Below are positions 42,493 through 50,471 of a stretch of 60,810 bases of DNA, one piece after another. Positions within the stretch are counted from its first letter, which is position 1; every line of letters begins with the position of its first letter. Source of the stretch: an uncultured Planctomycetales bacterium (GTDB lineage Bacteria; Planctomycetota; SZUA-567; JAFGNG01); assembly GCA_964577825.1 (NCBI GenBank), contig CAZOBJ010000006.1:1-60810 (forward strand), given 5' to 3'. Under the pieces are notes generated by a model. That model was not told the origin of the DNA. It did not search any database and saw nothing but the letters and a program-made list of their open reading frames with translations. A program made the translations under genes and the position numbers.

Positions 42493-44331
42493 ATGCGCTG
42501 GCGAACCGCACTCACACTCCTGGCCGCAGGCCTTGCGCTCACCGCGGTGAGCGCCGGGGTGGCCGTGTACCGCACCCACGCGCGCGCACAGGCCGCCCGG
42601 CAGGAACGGCTCGTGCCCGTGCGCATGCGCGAGGTCGTCTCCTTCATCCGCAGGGTACCGGGCGCCGGGGAGGTGTCTTGCCGCCGGGACAAGGACGGAA
42701 CCTGGTGGGTGGACGCGCCCTTCCGGGACCTGGCCAGCCAGGGGGTGATCGAGGAGCTCGCCGCCCTGGTCGAGTACGGCCGCGGCGAGCCCGTGCCTGC
42801 GGTCGACACACCCGCCTTCGACGCGCCCGAGGCGACCCTGATCTTGCGCACGTCCGAACAGGAGGTCTCCGTAGACTTCGCGCAGGCCGAGGACGAGGAT
42901 ACTGTATTCGCCCGCGTATCGGAGGCGCCGGACCGCGTCTACGCCCTGGACCCGGAGCTCGCCCGCGCGGCGTTGCGCCCGGCCGCGGCGTACCGGAGCC
43001 TGCAACTCTTCCCTCGCGGCCTGGAACAGGCCCAGGCCCTCACCCTGGAGGGCGTGCCCGGCGGCACCGTGCTCCTGCGCCGCGGGGCCAAGGGCTGGAC
43101 GCTCCGCGCGCCGGTGGCCTGGCCCGCGGACGCGCCCCGGGTGGACAAGCTCCTGCGCCGCTGCGCCACCCTGCGCGCGACCGGCGTCATCGCCCAGGGC
43201 CCACAGGCGCGCCTCCCCGAGGAGACCGAGGGCACGGTGCTCGTGCGCGCGGAGCTCCCCGAGGCCGCGGCACAGGTGCGGCTCGCCCCGCCCGAGCCCG
43301 GCCAGGAGCACGGTCGCGCCTGGGTGGTCGACCGAGACGTCCTCTTCGCAGTGCCCGACCGATTGCGATCGGTCCTGGCCCGCCGTCCGGTGGACCAGTA
43401 CCGCCGCCACCGGCTCGACTTGCTCGCGTCCCTGGACCTGCCCGAGGCGCTGCGCGCGCGCACCAAGCCCGAGGATCGGCTCGGGTACCTGGTGGAGCGC
43501 ATCAGCGAAATCCGCCTCGAACATCCCGGCCAGCGGGTGCGCCTGGTCCACGGCGCCATGCACTGGCAGGCCACCGCGCCCGAGCGATTCCCTGTGGACC
43601 GGCAGGTCCTCACCGCGCTCGTTCGCACCCTGCGCGACCTGGAGGCGCAGGACTTCGCCCCCGAGGCGCAGGCATCCGCGCACGAGCTGGACGACCCGTT
43701 CCTGGTCGCGCGCGTGTTCGACGAGACGGGCACCGAGGCGGCGGTCCTGCGCGTGGGCGCGCGCACGGACCGGGGCACCCGCTTTGCCGCGACGGGCGCG
43801 CGGTCGGCCGTGTTCACCCTCTCCGCGCGGGACGTCGCGGTCCTCTCGCAGCCCTGGCCCCAGTTCCATGAGCGGCGGCTGTGCGCGGTCCACCCCAAGC
43901 ACCCGGTGCGCCTGAGCGTCTTTCGGAACGGCACGGAGACCCGGTACCGGCGCGCGCGCGGCGACTCGTGGCAGATGGTCCTGCCCAAGACCCTGCCCGT
44001 GGACAACTGGGCCTTCTACACCGGGCCGCTGAGCCAACAGGGGTTCGGGGGCCTGAAGGCCGTGGCCGTGGCCGCGCCCGCCGCCGGGGATCTGGCCCGA
44101 TTTGGCCTTGACCCTCCCCGGCTGCGTGTGGTATTGGAATACGCTTCGCCCGAACAGGCGCAGCGGCAACAGACCTCAACGTTCACGCTGGCGATCGGCG
44201 GGCCTGCCAAACACCACGGCGAGGAGGCCCGATACGCCCGCGTTCCCGGCAGCAAGGTCGTGGTGGTCGTGCCGGGCGAGTTCGTGGACATGCTGGAGAA
44301 GGATTACACCGACCCGTCCCTGCTCGAGTGA
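42493..44331 (+). CDS. DUF4340-like membrane-anchored periplasmic protein with repeated domains, 612 aa
   Basis: N-terminal TM; repeated W..P....AD and FGLDPPRLRV-like segments; typical position after GldG-like genes. Confidence 0.65.
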   Translation: MRWRTALTLLAAGLALTAVSAGVAVYRTHARAQAARQERLVPVRMREVVSFIRRVPGAGEVSCRRDKDGTWWVDAPFRDLASQGVIEELAALVEYGRGEPVPAVDTPAFDAPEATLILRTSEQEVSVDFAQAEDEDTVFARVSEAPDRVYALDPELARAALRPAAAYRSLQLFPRGLEQAQALTLEGVPGGTVLLRRGAKGWTLRAPVAWPADAPRVDKLLRRCATLRATGVIAQGPQARLPEETEGTVLVRAELPEAAAQVRLAPPEPGQEHGRAWVVDRDVLFAVPDRLRSVLARRPVDQYRRHRLDLLASLDLPEALRARTKPEDRLGYLVERISEIRLEHPGQRVRLVHGAMHWQATAPERFPVDRQVLTALVRTLRDLEAQDFAPEAQASAHELDDPFLVARVFDETGTEAAVLRVGARTDRGTRFAATGARSAVFTLSARDVAVLSQPWPQFHERRLCAVHPKHPVRLSVFRNGTETRYRRARGDSWQMVLPKTLPVDNWAFYTGPLSQQGFGGLKAVAVAAPAAGDLARFGLDPPRLRVVLEYASPEQAQRQQTSTFTLAIGGPAKHHGEEARYARVPGSKVVVVVPGEFVDMLEKDYTDPSLLE

Positions 44332-44363
44332 CGGGCACAACGTCACGGAAGGAGACCGGCTAC

Positions 44364-45248
44364 ATGGCAGCGAAGGCCCGCGACAAGAGGACCTCCGCAA
44401 AGAAGTCCAGCGCGAAGAAGCGCCCGGCGCGCAAGCCCGCGTCCGGCAAGCGGCGCGCGGCGAAGAAGGCGTCTCCGAAGAAGAAGGCCGCCAAGCGCAA
44501 GCCGGCCCGCAAGAAGACCGTGCGCAAGGGAACCGCAAAGGCGAAGAAGAAGGCGGCCAAGAAGCCCGCCAAGAGGGCCGCGAAGAAGACGGCGAAGAGG
44601 ACCGCCAAGAAGCCCACGAAGCGAGCCGCCAAGAAGCGCGCCAAGAAGACGCCCAAGCGCACGGCCAAGGCTCCGGCAAAGAAGCGCACCACCGCGCCGC
44701 GCAAGAAGAGCAAGTTCGCCATCACCGGCGCACCCAAGGCGCGCAGGCGCGAGGTCCCGCCCGGCGTGCGCATTGAGAAGCCCCAGGGCCAGGCCGCTTC
44801 CGGCGCGCGCGCCGAGGCCCCGCCGCCCAAGCTCACGGCCAAGGAGCTGCGCGAACTGCGCGGACAGCTGCAGGAGAAGCGCGACAACATCCTTTCCGAG
44901 ATCCGCCACGAGGTCGGCGACTCGCTGTCGCGCACGAGCGTGGTGCGCACCGACGCGGCCGACCGGGCCAGCGACGTGTACGACGGGTCCGTGAGCTACG
45001 AGGTGGCGGCCACCGGCCACAAGGACCTCCAGGAGATCCAGGCGGCCCTGGACAAGATCGACAACAAGACCTACGGGGTCTGCGAGGGCTGCGGCGGGGC
45101 CATCAGCGCCTCGCGACTCAAGGCCAAGCCCTTCGCTACCCTGTGCGCGGCCTGCCGCGAGCAGATCGAGCGCGAGGGCCCCGGCGGAGGGGGCGACACG
45201 ATCTGGGGCTTTCTCGACGCAGACGCCACGGACAACGCCGAAGAGTAG
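44364..45248 (+). CDS. TraR/DksA family C4 zinc-finger regulator with histone-like Lys/Ala/Arg-rich N-terminus, 294 aa
   Basis: ATG 44364 after AAGGAG; coiled-coil tip DAADRA (DxxDxA); zinc finger CEGC...LCAAC; about 130 N-terminal residues of KKxAK-type repeats. Confidence 0.88.
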   Translation: MAAKARDKRTSAKKSSAKKRPARKPASGKRRAAKKASPKKKAAKRKPARKKTVRKGTAKAKKKAAKKPAKRAAKKTAKRTAKKPTKRAAKKRAKKTPKRTAKAPAKKRTTAPRKKSKFAITGAPKARRREVPPGVRIEKPQGQAASGARAEAPPPKLTAKELRELRGQLQEKRDNILSEIRHEVGDSLSRTSVVRTDAADRASDVYDGSVSYEVAATGHKDLQEIQAALDKIDNKTYGVCEGCGGAISASRLKAKPFATLCAACREQIEREGPGGGGDTIWGFLDADATDNAEE

Positions 45249-45326
45249 CCCGTCCCAGCCGCCTGCGGGCGGGCTGGGTGGTCCTCTCTCCTTGAAGCCG
45301 CCCGCCCTGCCCCCGGAGGAGGCCGC

Positions 45327-46058
45327 ATGAGCACGCAGGCCGGGTACGTCCTGGCGCTCACGACCGCGGCCGAGCCCGGTGGCGTGGCCCTGATCGACGG
45401 CCGGGGCGCGGTGCGGGCGGTGCGCGCCCTGGCTGCGCAGTTGCGCGGCGGACGGGGCCTCCTGCCCGCGGTCACCGACTGTCTGGACCATGCCGGTGTG
45501 GGACTCCAGGACCTCGCCGGAATCGCCGCGGACACGGGTCCGGGGTCGTTTACCGGGCTGCGCGTGGGCGTGATGACGGCCAAGACCCTGGCCTGGGCGC
45601 GGAGCTTGCCGATCGTGGGGGTGACAAGCCTCGACGCCCTGGCCTGGGAGGCGCGCGACCGGGCCCGGGTCGTGGCCGCGGTGCTGCGCGCGCGCCGGGC
45701 CGAGGTCTACGCCGCGGTGTACGACTGCTCTGCGCAGCGTATCGAGCGCCGCGGCCCGGTGCAGGCCCTCAGCCCCGAAGTCCTCTCCGAACAACTTGCC
45801 GCGCTCGAGCCGGGCGCCAAACTCGTGGGCAATCCGGGCGAGACCCTGGACCCGGACGAGCTGCGCACGCATACGCACATCGAGGGCTTGCCCGACCCGG
45901 CTGGGCCCTCGGCCCAGGCCGTGGCCGAGCTCGGATGGCGGGCCCTGCGCGACCGGCCCGCAGGTGACGACCTGCACGCCCTGCAACCCGTGTATCCGCG
46001 CCGGGCGGACCGGCCCATGCCCGTGCTCGGCGAGCCGCCCACGGACGACACCCCATGA
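45327..46058 (+). CDS. tsaB: tRNA threonylcarbamoyladenosine biosynthesis protein TsaB, 243 aa
   Basis: GPGSFTGLRVG, SLDALA, ARRAEVY and PVY; RBS GGAGG. Confidence 0.88.
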   Translation: MSTQAGYVLALTTAAEPGGVALIDGRGAVRAVRALAAQLRGGRGLLPAVTDCLDHAGVGLQDLAGIAADTGPGSFTGLRVGVMTAKTLAWARSLPIVGVTSLDALAWEARDRARVVAAVLRARRAEVYAAVYDCSAQRIERRGPVQALSPEVLSEQLAALEPGAKLVGNPGETLDPDELRTHTHIEGLPDPAGPSAQAVAELGWRALRDRPAGDDLHALQPVYPRRADRPMPVLGEPPTDDTP

Positions 46059-47686
46059 ACGTGGGACAGCGCATCCTGCGCGCGTCGCTTGTGGTGATGC
46101 TCGCGCACGTCATCTTCAAGTTCGCAGGCCTCGTCCAGTTCAAGGCCCTGGGCCACTACTGCGATCCCGTGACCCTGGACCTCTTCATCTTCTCGTTCGT
46201 CGGGGTGCTGTGGACCTTTTACCTGATCGGCGAGGAAGGGCTCGGGCCCGCGTTCCTGCCCGTGTTCATGGAGGCCTTTGACAAGAAGAGCGAGCGCGAC
46301 GCCTGGCGGTTCGCCAGCAGCGTCATCACCGTGCAGGTCCTGGTCATCGCCGTGGTGGTGAGCCTCGTGGCCGCGTTCCCCGAGACCGTGGTGCGGCTCT
46401 TCTCGGACTGGGACGACCCCGAGGCCCTGGCCGCGTACATGCAGCGCGCGCCGCGCATGGTCCGCGGCATGATCCCCGCGCTCTTCGGCCTGTCGGTCGG
46501 GTCGACCACCTACCTCGTGCTCAACGGGTACAAGCGCTTCTTCCTGGCTGCGTTCGGCGACTCCGTGGTCAAGTTCGCCATCATCGCGGGCGTGCTCGCG
46601 AGCGTGGCCACGGGCGGGTCGCTGACCGACTGCCTGATCGCGGGCGTGCTCGTGGGCGGATTCGCCAAGGTGGCCACGCACTTGTTGGGTCTGCGCCGCG
46701 AGCTCTGGCAGTTGCGGCCCAACCTGAATCTGCGCACCCGGGCCTGGCGGCGGTTCGCGTTCCTGGTGGCGCCGCTTCTTTTGGGGATTCTCTTCGGCAA
46801 GGTGCGCGACGTGTTCAACAACATCTGGGTCCTCTCGCACACGCACGAGGCGGGCCTGGTGGCCTACAACGAGTTCGGCCGCAAGATCTTCAACGCGATC
46901 GGGTACCTGGTGCCCTACTCGGTGAGCATCGCCATGTACCCGTTCTTCTGCGAGCTCGTGGACCGCGAGGAGCGCGGCGAGATGGCGCGCCTGGTGACCC
47001 GCAGCGGGCAGATTCTGTGGGTGCTGGTCGTCCCGGTGACCGCGCTCGTGGTCGCGCTCTCGCTCCCCTTGGCGCGGCTCATCTTCCAGGGCGGGCAGTT
47101 CGACCTGGAGGCCGCGCGCCTGGCGGCCACGGCCAATGCGTGCTACACCCTGGTCCTGCCCTTCTTCACGCTCGAGTACGTGTTCATGCAGACCTTTTTC
47201 AGCCATCGGCGCATGGTCACGCCCATCGTGCTGGGGCTCGTGTTCAGTACGCTGAGCATGGTCCTCAGCTGGCTGGGCGTGGTCGCGTACGGGCTCACGG
47301 GCGCGGCGGCCGTAGCCGCGGTGGCGCTCGCGTATGCGCTCAGCCGGACGCTGAAGACCGTGAGCCTGGGCGTGCTCCTGCGCCGGTTCCTGCCGGACCT
47401 CGACGGCGCGCACGCGGGCTCCTTCGCCCTGCGCATGGCCGCGGCCGGGCTCGCGACCGGGGGCGCCGCGTACCTGGCCCGCAAGGGGTGCGAGGCCGTG
47501 ACCGACGTGTATGCCGGCCAGACCGTCGCCGAGGTCGCGGCGGCCGTGGTGCCCTGCCTCGCGTCGGGGTCGGTCGCGGGCGGGGCGGTGTACCTCGCCG
47601 CGCTGCGTGTGCTTTGCCCGGCCGAGTGGCGCGAGGCGGTGCGCTGGATCCGCGCGCGCCTGGCCGCGCGCCGCGCGGGCCGGTAG
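46055..47686 (+). CDS. murJ: MurJ/MviN family lipid-linked glycan flippase, 543 aa
   Basis: About 14 TM; GEEGLGPAFLPVF, LNGYKRFF, YPFF, IFQGGQFD and F(S)HRRMVTP. The ATG overlaps the tsaB stop. Confidence 0.82.
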   Translation: MNVGQRILRASLVVMLAHVIFKFAGLVQFKALGHYCDPVTLDLFIFSFVGVLWTFYLIGEEGLGPAFLPVFMEAFDKKSERDAWRFASSVITVQVLVIAVVVSLVAAFPETVVRLFSDWDDPEALAAYMQRAPRMVRGMIPALFGLSVGSTTYLVLNGYKRFFLAAFGDSVVKFAIIAGVLASVATGGSLTDCLIAGVLVGGFAKVATHLLGLRRELWQLRPNLNLRTRAWRRFAFLVAPLLLGILFGKVRDVFNNIWVLSHTHEAGLVAYNEFGRKIFNAIGYLVPYSVSIAMYPFFCELVDREERGEMARLVTRSGQILWVLVVPVTALVVALSLPLARLIFQGGQFDLEAARLAATANACYTLVLPFFTLEYVFMQTFFSHRRMVTPIVLGLVFSTLSMVLSWLGVVAYGLTGAAAVAAVALAYALSRTLKTVSLGVLLRRFLPDLDGAHAGSFALRMAAAGLATGGAAYLARKGCEAVTDVYAGQTVAEVAAAVVPCLASGSVAGGAVYLAALRVLCPAEWREAVRWIRARLAARRAGR

Positions 47687-47705
47687 CCGGTTCGAGGACC
47701 CAGAC

Positions 47706-48854
47706 ATGCGACCCGTGCGCGTGCTCCACTGCCTGGAGGCCACCCGCGGGGGCACGGCCCGCCACCTGGAGATCGCCGCGCGCACCCTGCCCGGCCTGGG
47801 CGTGGACCTGCACGCCGCGGTGAGCCCCACGCGCAATCCCGAATTCCCCGGCGCCCTGCGCGCGCTTCTGGGCCCCGAGCGCGTGCACGTGGTGCCCATG
47901 GGCCGGTCCATCCGCCCCGGGCGCGACGCAGCCGCGTATCGTGCGCTCGTGCGCGTGGTGCGCGCGGTCCGTCCGGACCTTGTGCACACGCACGCGAGCA
48001 AGGCCGGGTTCCTGGGCCGGCGGGCCGCGCACGCCTGCGGCCTCCCGGCGGTGCACACGCCGCACGTGTACGCCACGCACTGGGCGCGCGGCGCGCGCAA
48101 GGGCCTGTACGCGGTGCTCGAGCGCGTGGCCGCCCGGTGGACGAGCGCGCTTGTGGCGCTGCACGAGGAACAGGTGCACGCCGCGCGCGCGCTTGGCGTG
48201 CCCGAGGCGCGGATCGCGTGCATCCCCAACGGCGTGGAGACCGACCGCTTCGCCCCGCCCAGCCCCGCACAGCGGGCGCGCATCCGCCAGGAATACGGGT
48301 TCAACCCTCAGACCCGGGTGGTGGGCACGCTGTCTCGGCTCGACGCGCAAAAGGGCGTGGACGTATTCCTGCGCGCGGCAGCGGCCACGCGTCGCGCCTT
48401 CCCCTACGCCCGGTTCCTGATCGCGGGCTCGGGTCCGCTGGAGGGCGAGCTGCGCGCCCAGGCGCGCGCCATGCGCTTCGGCGACCAGGTGCGGTTCCTG
48501 GGCCCGCGCGAGGACGTGCAGGCCCTGTATCACGGCCTGGACGTGTTCGCGCTCACGAGCCGCTGGGAGGGCATGCCCTACGCGATCCTGGAGGCCATGG
48601 CCTGCGGTCTGCCCGTGGTGGCCACGGGCACGGCGGGCGCGCGCGCGCTCGTGGCGCCCGGACACACCGGCAGCCTGGCCCCGGTCGGCGACGTGGAGGC
48701 CCTGGCCGGCGCGATCTGCGCGTATCTCGGGGACGCGCGCCTGCGCGAGCGCGAGGGCCGGCGCGCGCGCGAGCTCGTGTGCGCACGGTACACGGCCCGG
48801 GCCTGGGCCCGAGCGCACCTGGAGCTGTATCAGCAAGTCTTGGCAGGCGACTGA
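47706..48854 (+). CDS. GT4 glycosyltransferase, 382 aa
   Basis: GGTARH, HTHASKAG, PNGV, KG, and E-x7-E motif EGMPYAILE. Confidence 0.9.
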   Translation: MRPVRVLHCLEATRGGTARHLEIAARTLPGLGVDLHAAVSPTRNPEFPGALRALLGPERVHVVPMGRSIRPGRDAAAYRALVRVVRAVRPDLVHTHASKAGFLGRRAAHACGLPAVHTPHVYATHWARGARKGLYAVLERVAARWTSALVALHEEQVHAARALGVPEARIACIPNGVETDRFAPPSPAQRARIRQEYGFNPQTRVVGTLSRLDAQKGVDVFLRAAAATRRAFPYARFLIAGSGPLEGELRAQARAMRFGDQVRFLGPREDVQALYHGLDVFALTSRWEGMPYAILEAMACGLPVVATGTAGARALVAPGHTGSLAPVGDVEALAGAICAYLGDARLREREGRRARELVCARYTARAWARAHLELYQQVLAGD

Positions 48855-48871
48855 CGGCCGGCGGCAGGCCG

Positions 48872-49756
48872 CTACGGTTCCGCCGGGGCCGGAAGGTCTT
48901 TGAGCAGGTCGCGGGCGACCTCGCGCTCGGGCGCACGGCCCTTGCGGTCCTCGGTGAGTTCCAGGTACCTGCGCAGGTGGCGTGCGGCACGGTTGCGGAA
49001 CCGGTCGCCGTCCGGGCGCTCGCTCATGGCATGATACGCGAGGCCCAGATTGTACTGGGCGCTGGCAAGGTCCCGGTCGAGCATGACCGCGTTCTCGAAG
49101 TGTTTGCGCGCCTGGGCGGGCTGGCGCGCGTGCGCATAGGCCTCGCCCAGGTCGTTGTGCATGCGCGCGCGCAGTTCGTTGCTCACGCGATCCTGCGGAT
49201 ACCCCTCCTCTCGGCGGATGGCCTCTTCCAGCGTCTCGATGGCCTGGAGGGCCTGTCCCTTCTCTCGGTAGATGAATCCCAGGTGGTAGTAGGCGCGCGC
49301 GGAGGGCTTCAGCTCGATCGCGTTCTCCAGCGCCTCTTGGGCCGGAGCGAGCCCCTCGGCGGGGATGCGATACGCCTCGCCTTTGCGAACCGCCTCGGCG
49401 CGCTCCTGGCGGTGCTCGTCCTGGACTCGCTGGAGCCGGAATCCGCCGATGAGCATCCAGGCGTCCGCCTCCAGGCCGGTCAACAGGCTCAGCCGCGCCT
49501 TGTCCTCCACGCCCTGGCGGCCACGGCGGGCCACCTCCGCGGCCTGCTCCAGAAGATCCAGGCCCTCGTCGTACTCGCCCTGCTCACAGGCGGTCACGCC
49601 CTGGTTGAGAAGCTCCTCCGCGCGGTTCTTCGGGCGCACGCCCGCCTGGAACCGCGCCCAGGTGAAGTATCCGAGCGCGGCAAGCACCACCGCCACGCCC
49701 AGCACCTTGGCCAGGGTTGCGGTGGAGTCGCGTTCGCGTTCATGAGGCTGGGGCAC
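48872..49756 (-). CDS. membrane-anchored TPR protein, 294 aa
   Basis: GTG 49756 after GAGGAG; N-terminal TM; TPRs such as AYYHLGFIY, HNDLGEAY and AQYNLGLAY. Confidence 0.8.
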   Translation of the reverse strand: MPQPHERERDSTATLAKVLGVAVVLAALGYFTWARFQAGVRPKNRAEELLNQGVTACEQGEYDEGLDLLEQAAEVARRGRQGVEDKARLSLLTGLEADAWMLIGGFRLQRVQDEHRQERAEAVRKGEAYRIPAEGLAPAQEALENAIELKPSARAYYHLGFIYREKGQALQAIETLEEAIRREEGYPQDRVSNELRARMHNDLGEAYAHARQPAQARKHFENAVMLDRDLASAQYNLGLAYHAMSERPDGDRFRNRAARHLRRYLELTEDRKGRAPEREVARDLLKDLPAPAEP

Positions 49757-49807
49757 GGGGCCTCCTCGGCGCACAAGGGCGGGCGGAACCGGGCCCCCGA
49801 AGGGCGG

Positions 49808-50158
49808 CTACGGTCCGACGGGCGGAGCGGCGGGTTGCTGGGGCGCCGGGATGGACGGTTGGGGCTCTTCGCCCACGGTCTTGCCGTCCGCGATGCACTC
49901 CTCCATCCGCTTGCCCGGCTTGAAGGTCACGGTCTTGCACGCGGGCACCATCACCTCCTCGCCGGTGCGGGGGTTGCGAGCCTTGCGCGGCCTGCGGTCG
50001 CGGACTTCGAACACGCCGAAATTGCGCAGTTCCAGCCGCCCGTTGGTGGCCAGCGTATTGATCACGCCGTCGAGAGTCATCTGCACGATCTGCTTGACCT
50101 CGGTCTGACGCATGTCCGTCTTGTTCGCAATGTCGAGTACGATATCGTTCTTGGTCAT
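49808..50158 (-). CDS. HU/IHF family nucleoid protein (IHF-beta-like) with Pro-rich tail, 116 aa
   Basis: MTKNDIV..IA, LELRNFGVFEV, RKARNPRTGE and FKPGK. Confidence 0.93.
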   Translation of the reverse strand: MTKNDIVLDIANKTDMRQTEVKQIVQMTLDGVINTLATNGRLELRNFGVFEVRDRRPRKARNPRTGEEVMVPACKTVTFKPGKRMEECIADGKTVGEEPQPSIPAPQQPAAPPVGP

Positions 50159-50280
50159 GGCCAAGCTCCCCTAACCGTTCTCCCATATGCCCGGCGACGT
50201 GCACACTCGGCCGAGCACTCGTGCAGGTCCGTCCCCCTTGTGCCTGTCGGTCTTGCCGCAGGATCGCGGGTGCGCCGCCC

Positions 50281-50308
50281 AGTCTAGGCACGCGACCGGA
50301 CCTGTCAA
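50281..50308 (-). promoter_or_regulatory. putative sigma70 promoter for HU/IHF-TPR
   Basis: Minus strand TTGACA-N16-TAGACT. Confidence 0.55.
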
Positions 50309-50371
50309 GGAAAATCAAAGCCCACAACCTGCGCGCATCCCGCGCCGTCCGCAGCCGCCCGGCCCCTGCGC

Positions 50372-50399
50372 TTGATTCACTCGAATCGATCCATACAAT
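50372..50399 (+). promoter_or_regulatory. putative sigma70 promoter for the EPS cluster
   Basis: TTGATT-N16-TACAAT, with a GATTC-N4-GAATC palindrome overlapping the -35 and spacer. Confidence 0.55.
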
Positions 50400-50471
50400 G
50401 CAGTGTACGAAGCGCTCGACGCGACCGGATTGGGGTGCGGCCGCGCCGGCACGCCAACCTGCGGACACGCC

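Noticed and set aside
44364-44750. Repetitive GCCAAGAAG-like DNA as a possible CRISPR or satellite
   Set aside because: Irregular period and no spacers; explained by Lys/Ala codons of the histone-like tail.
45253-45278. GC hairpin after the DksA-like gene
   Set aside because: Imperfect stem and no U-tract; not called a terminator.
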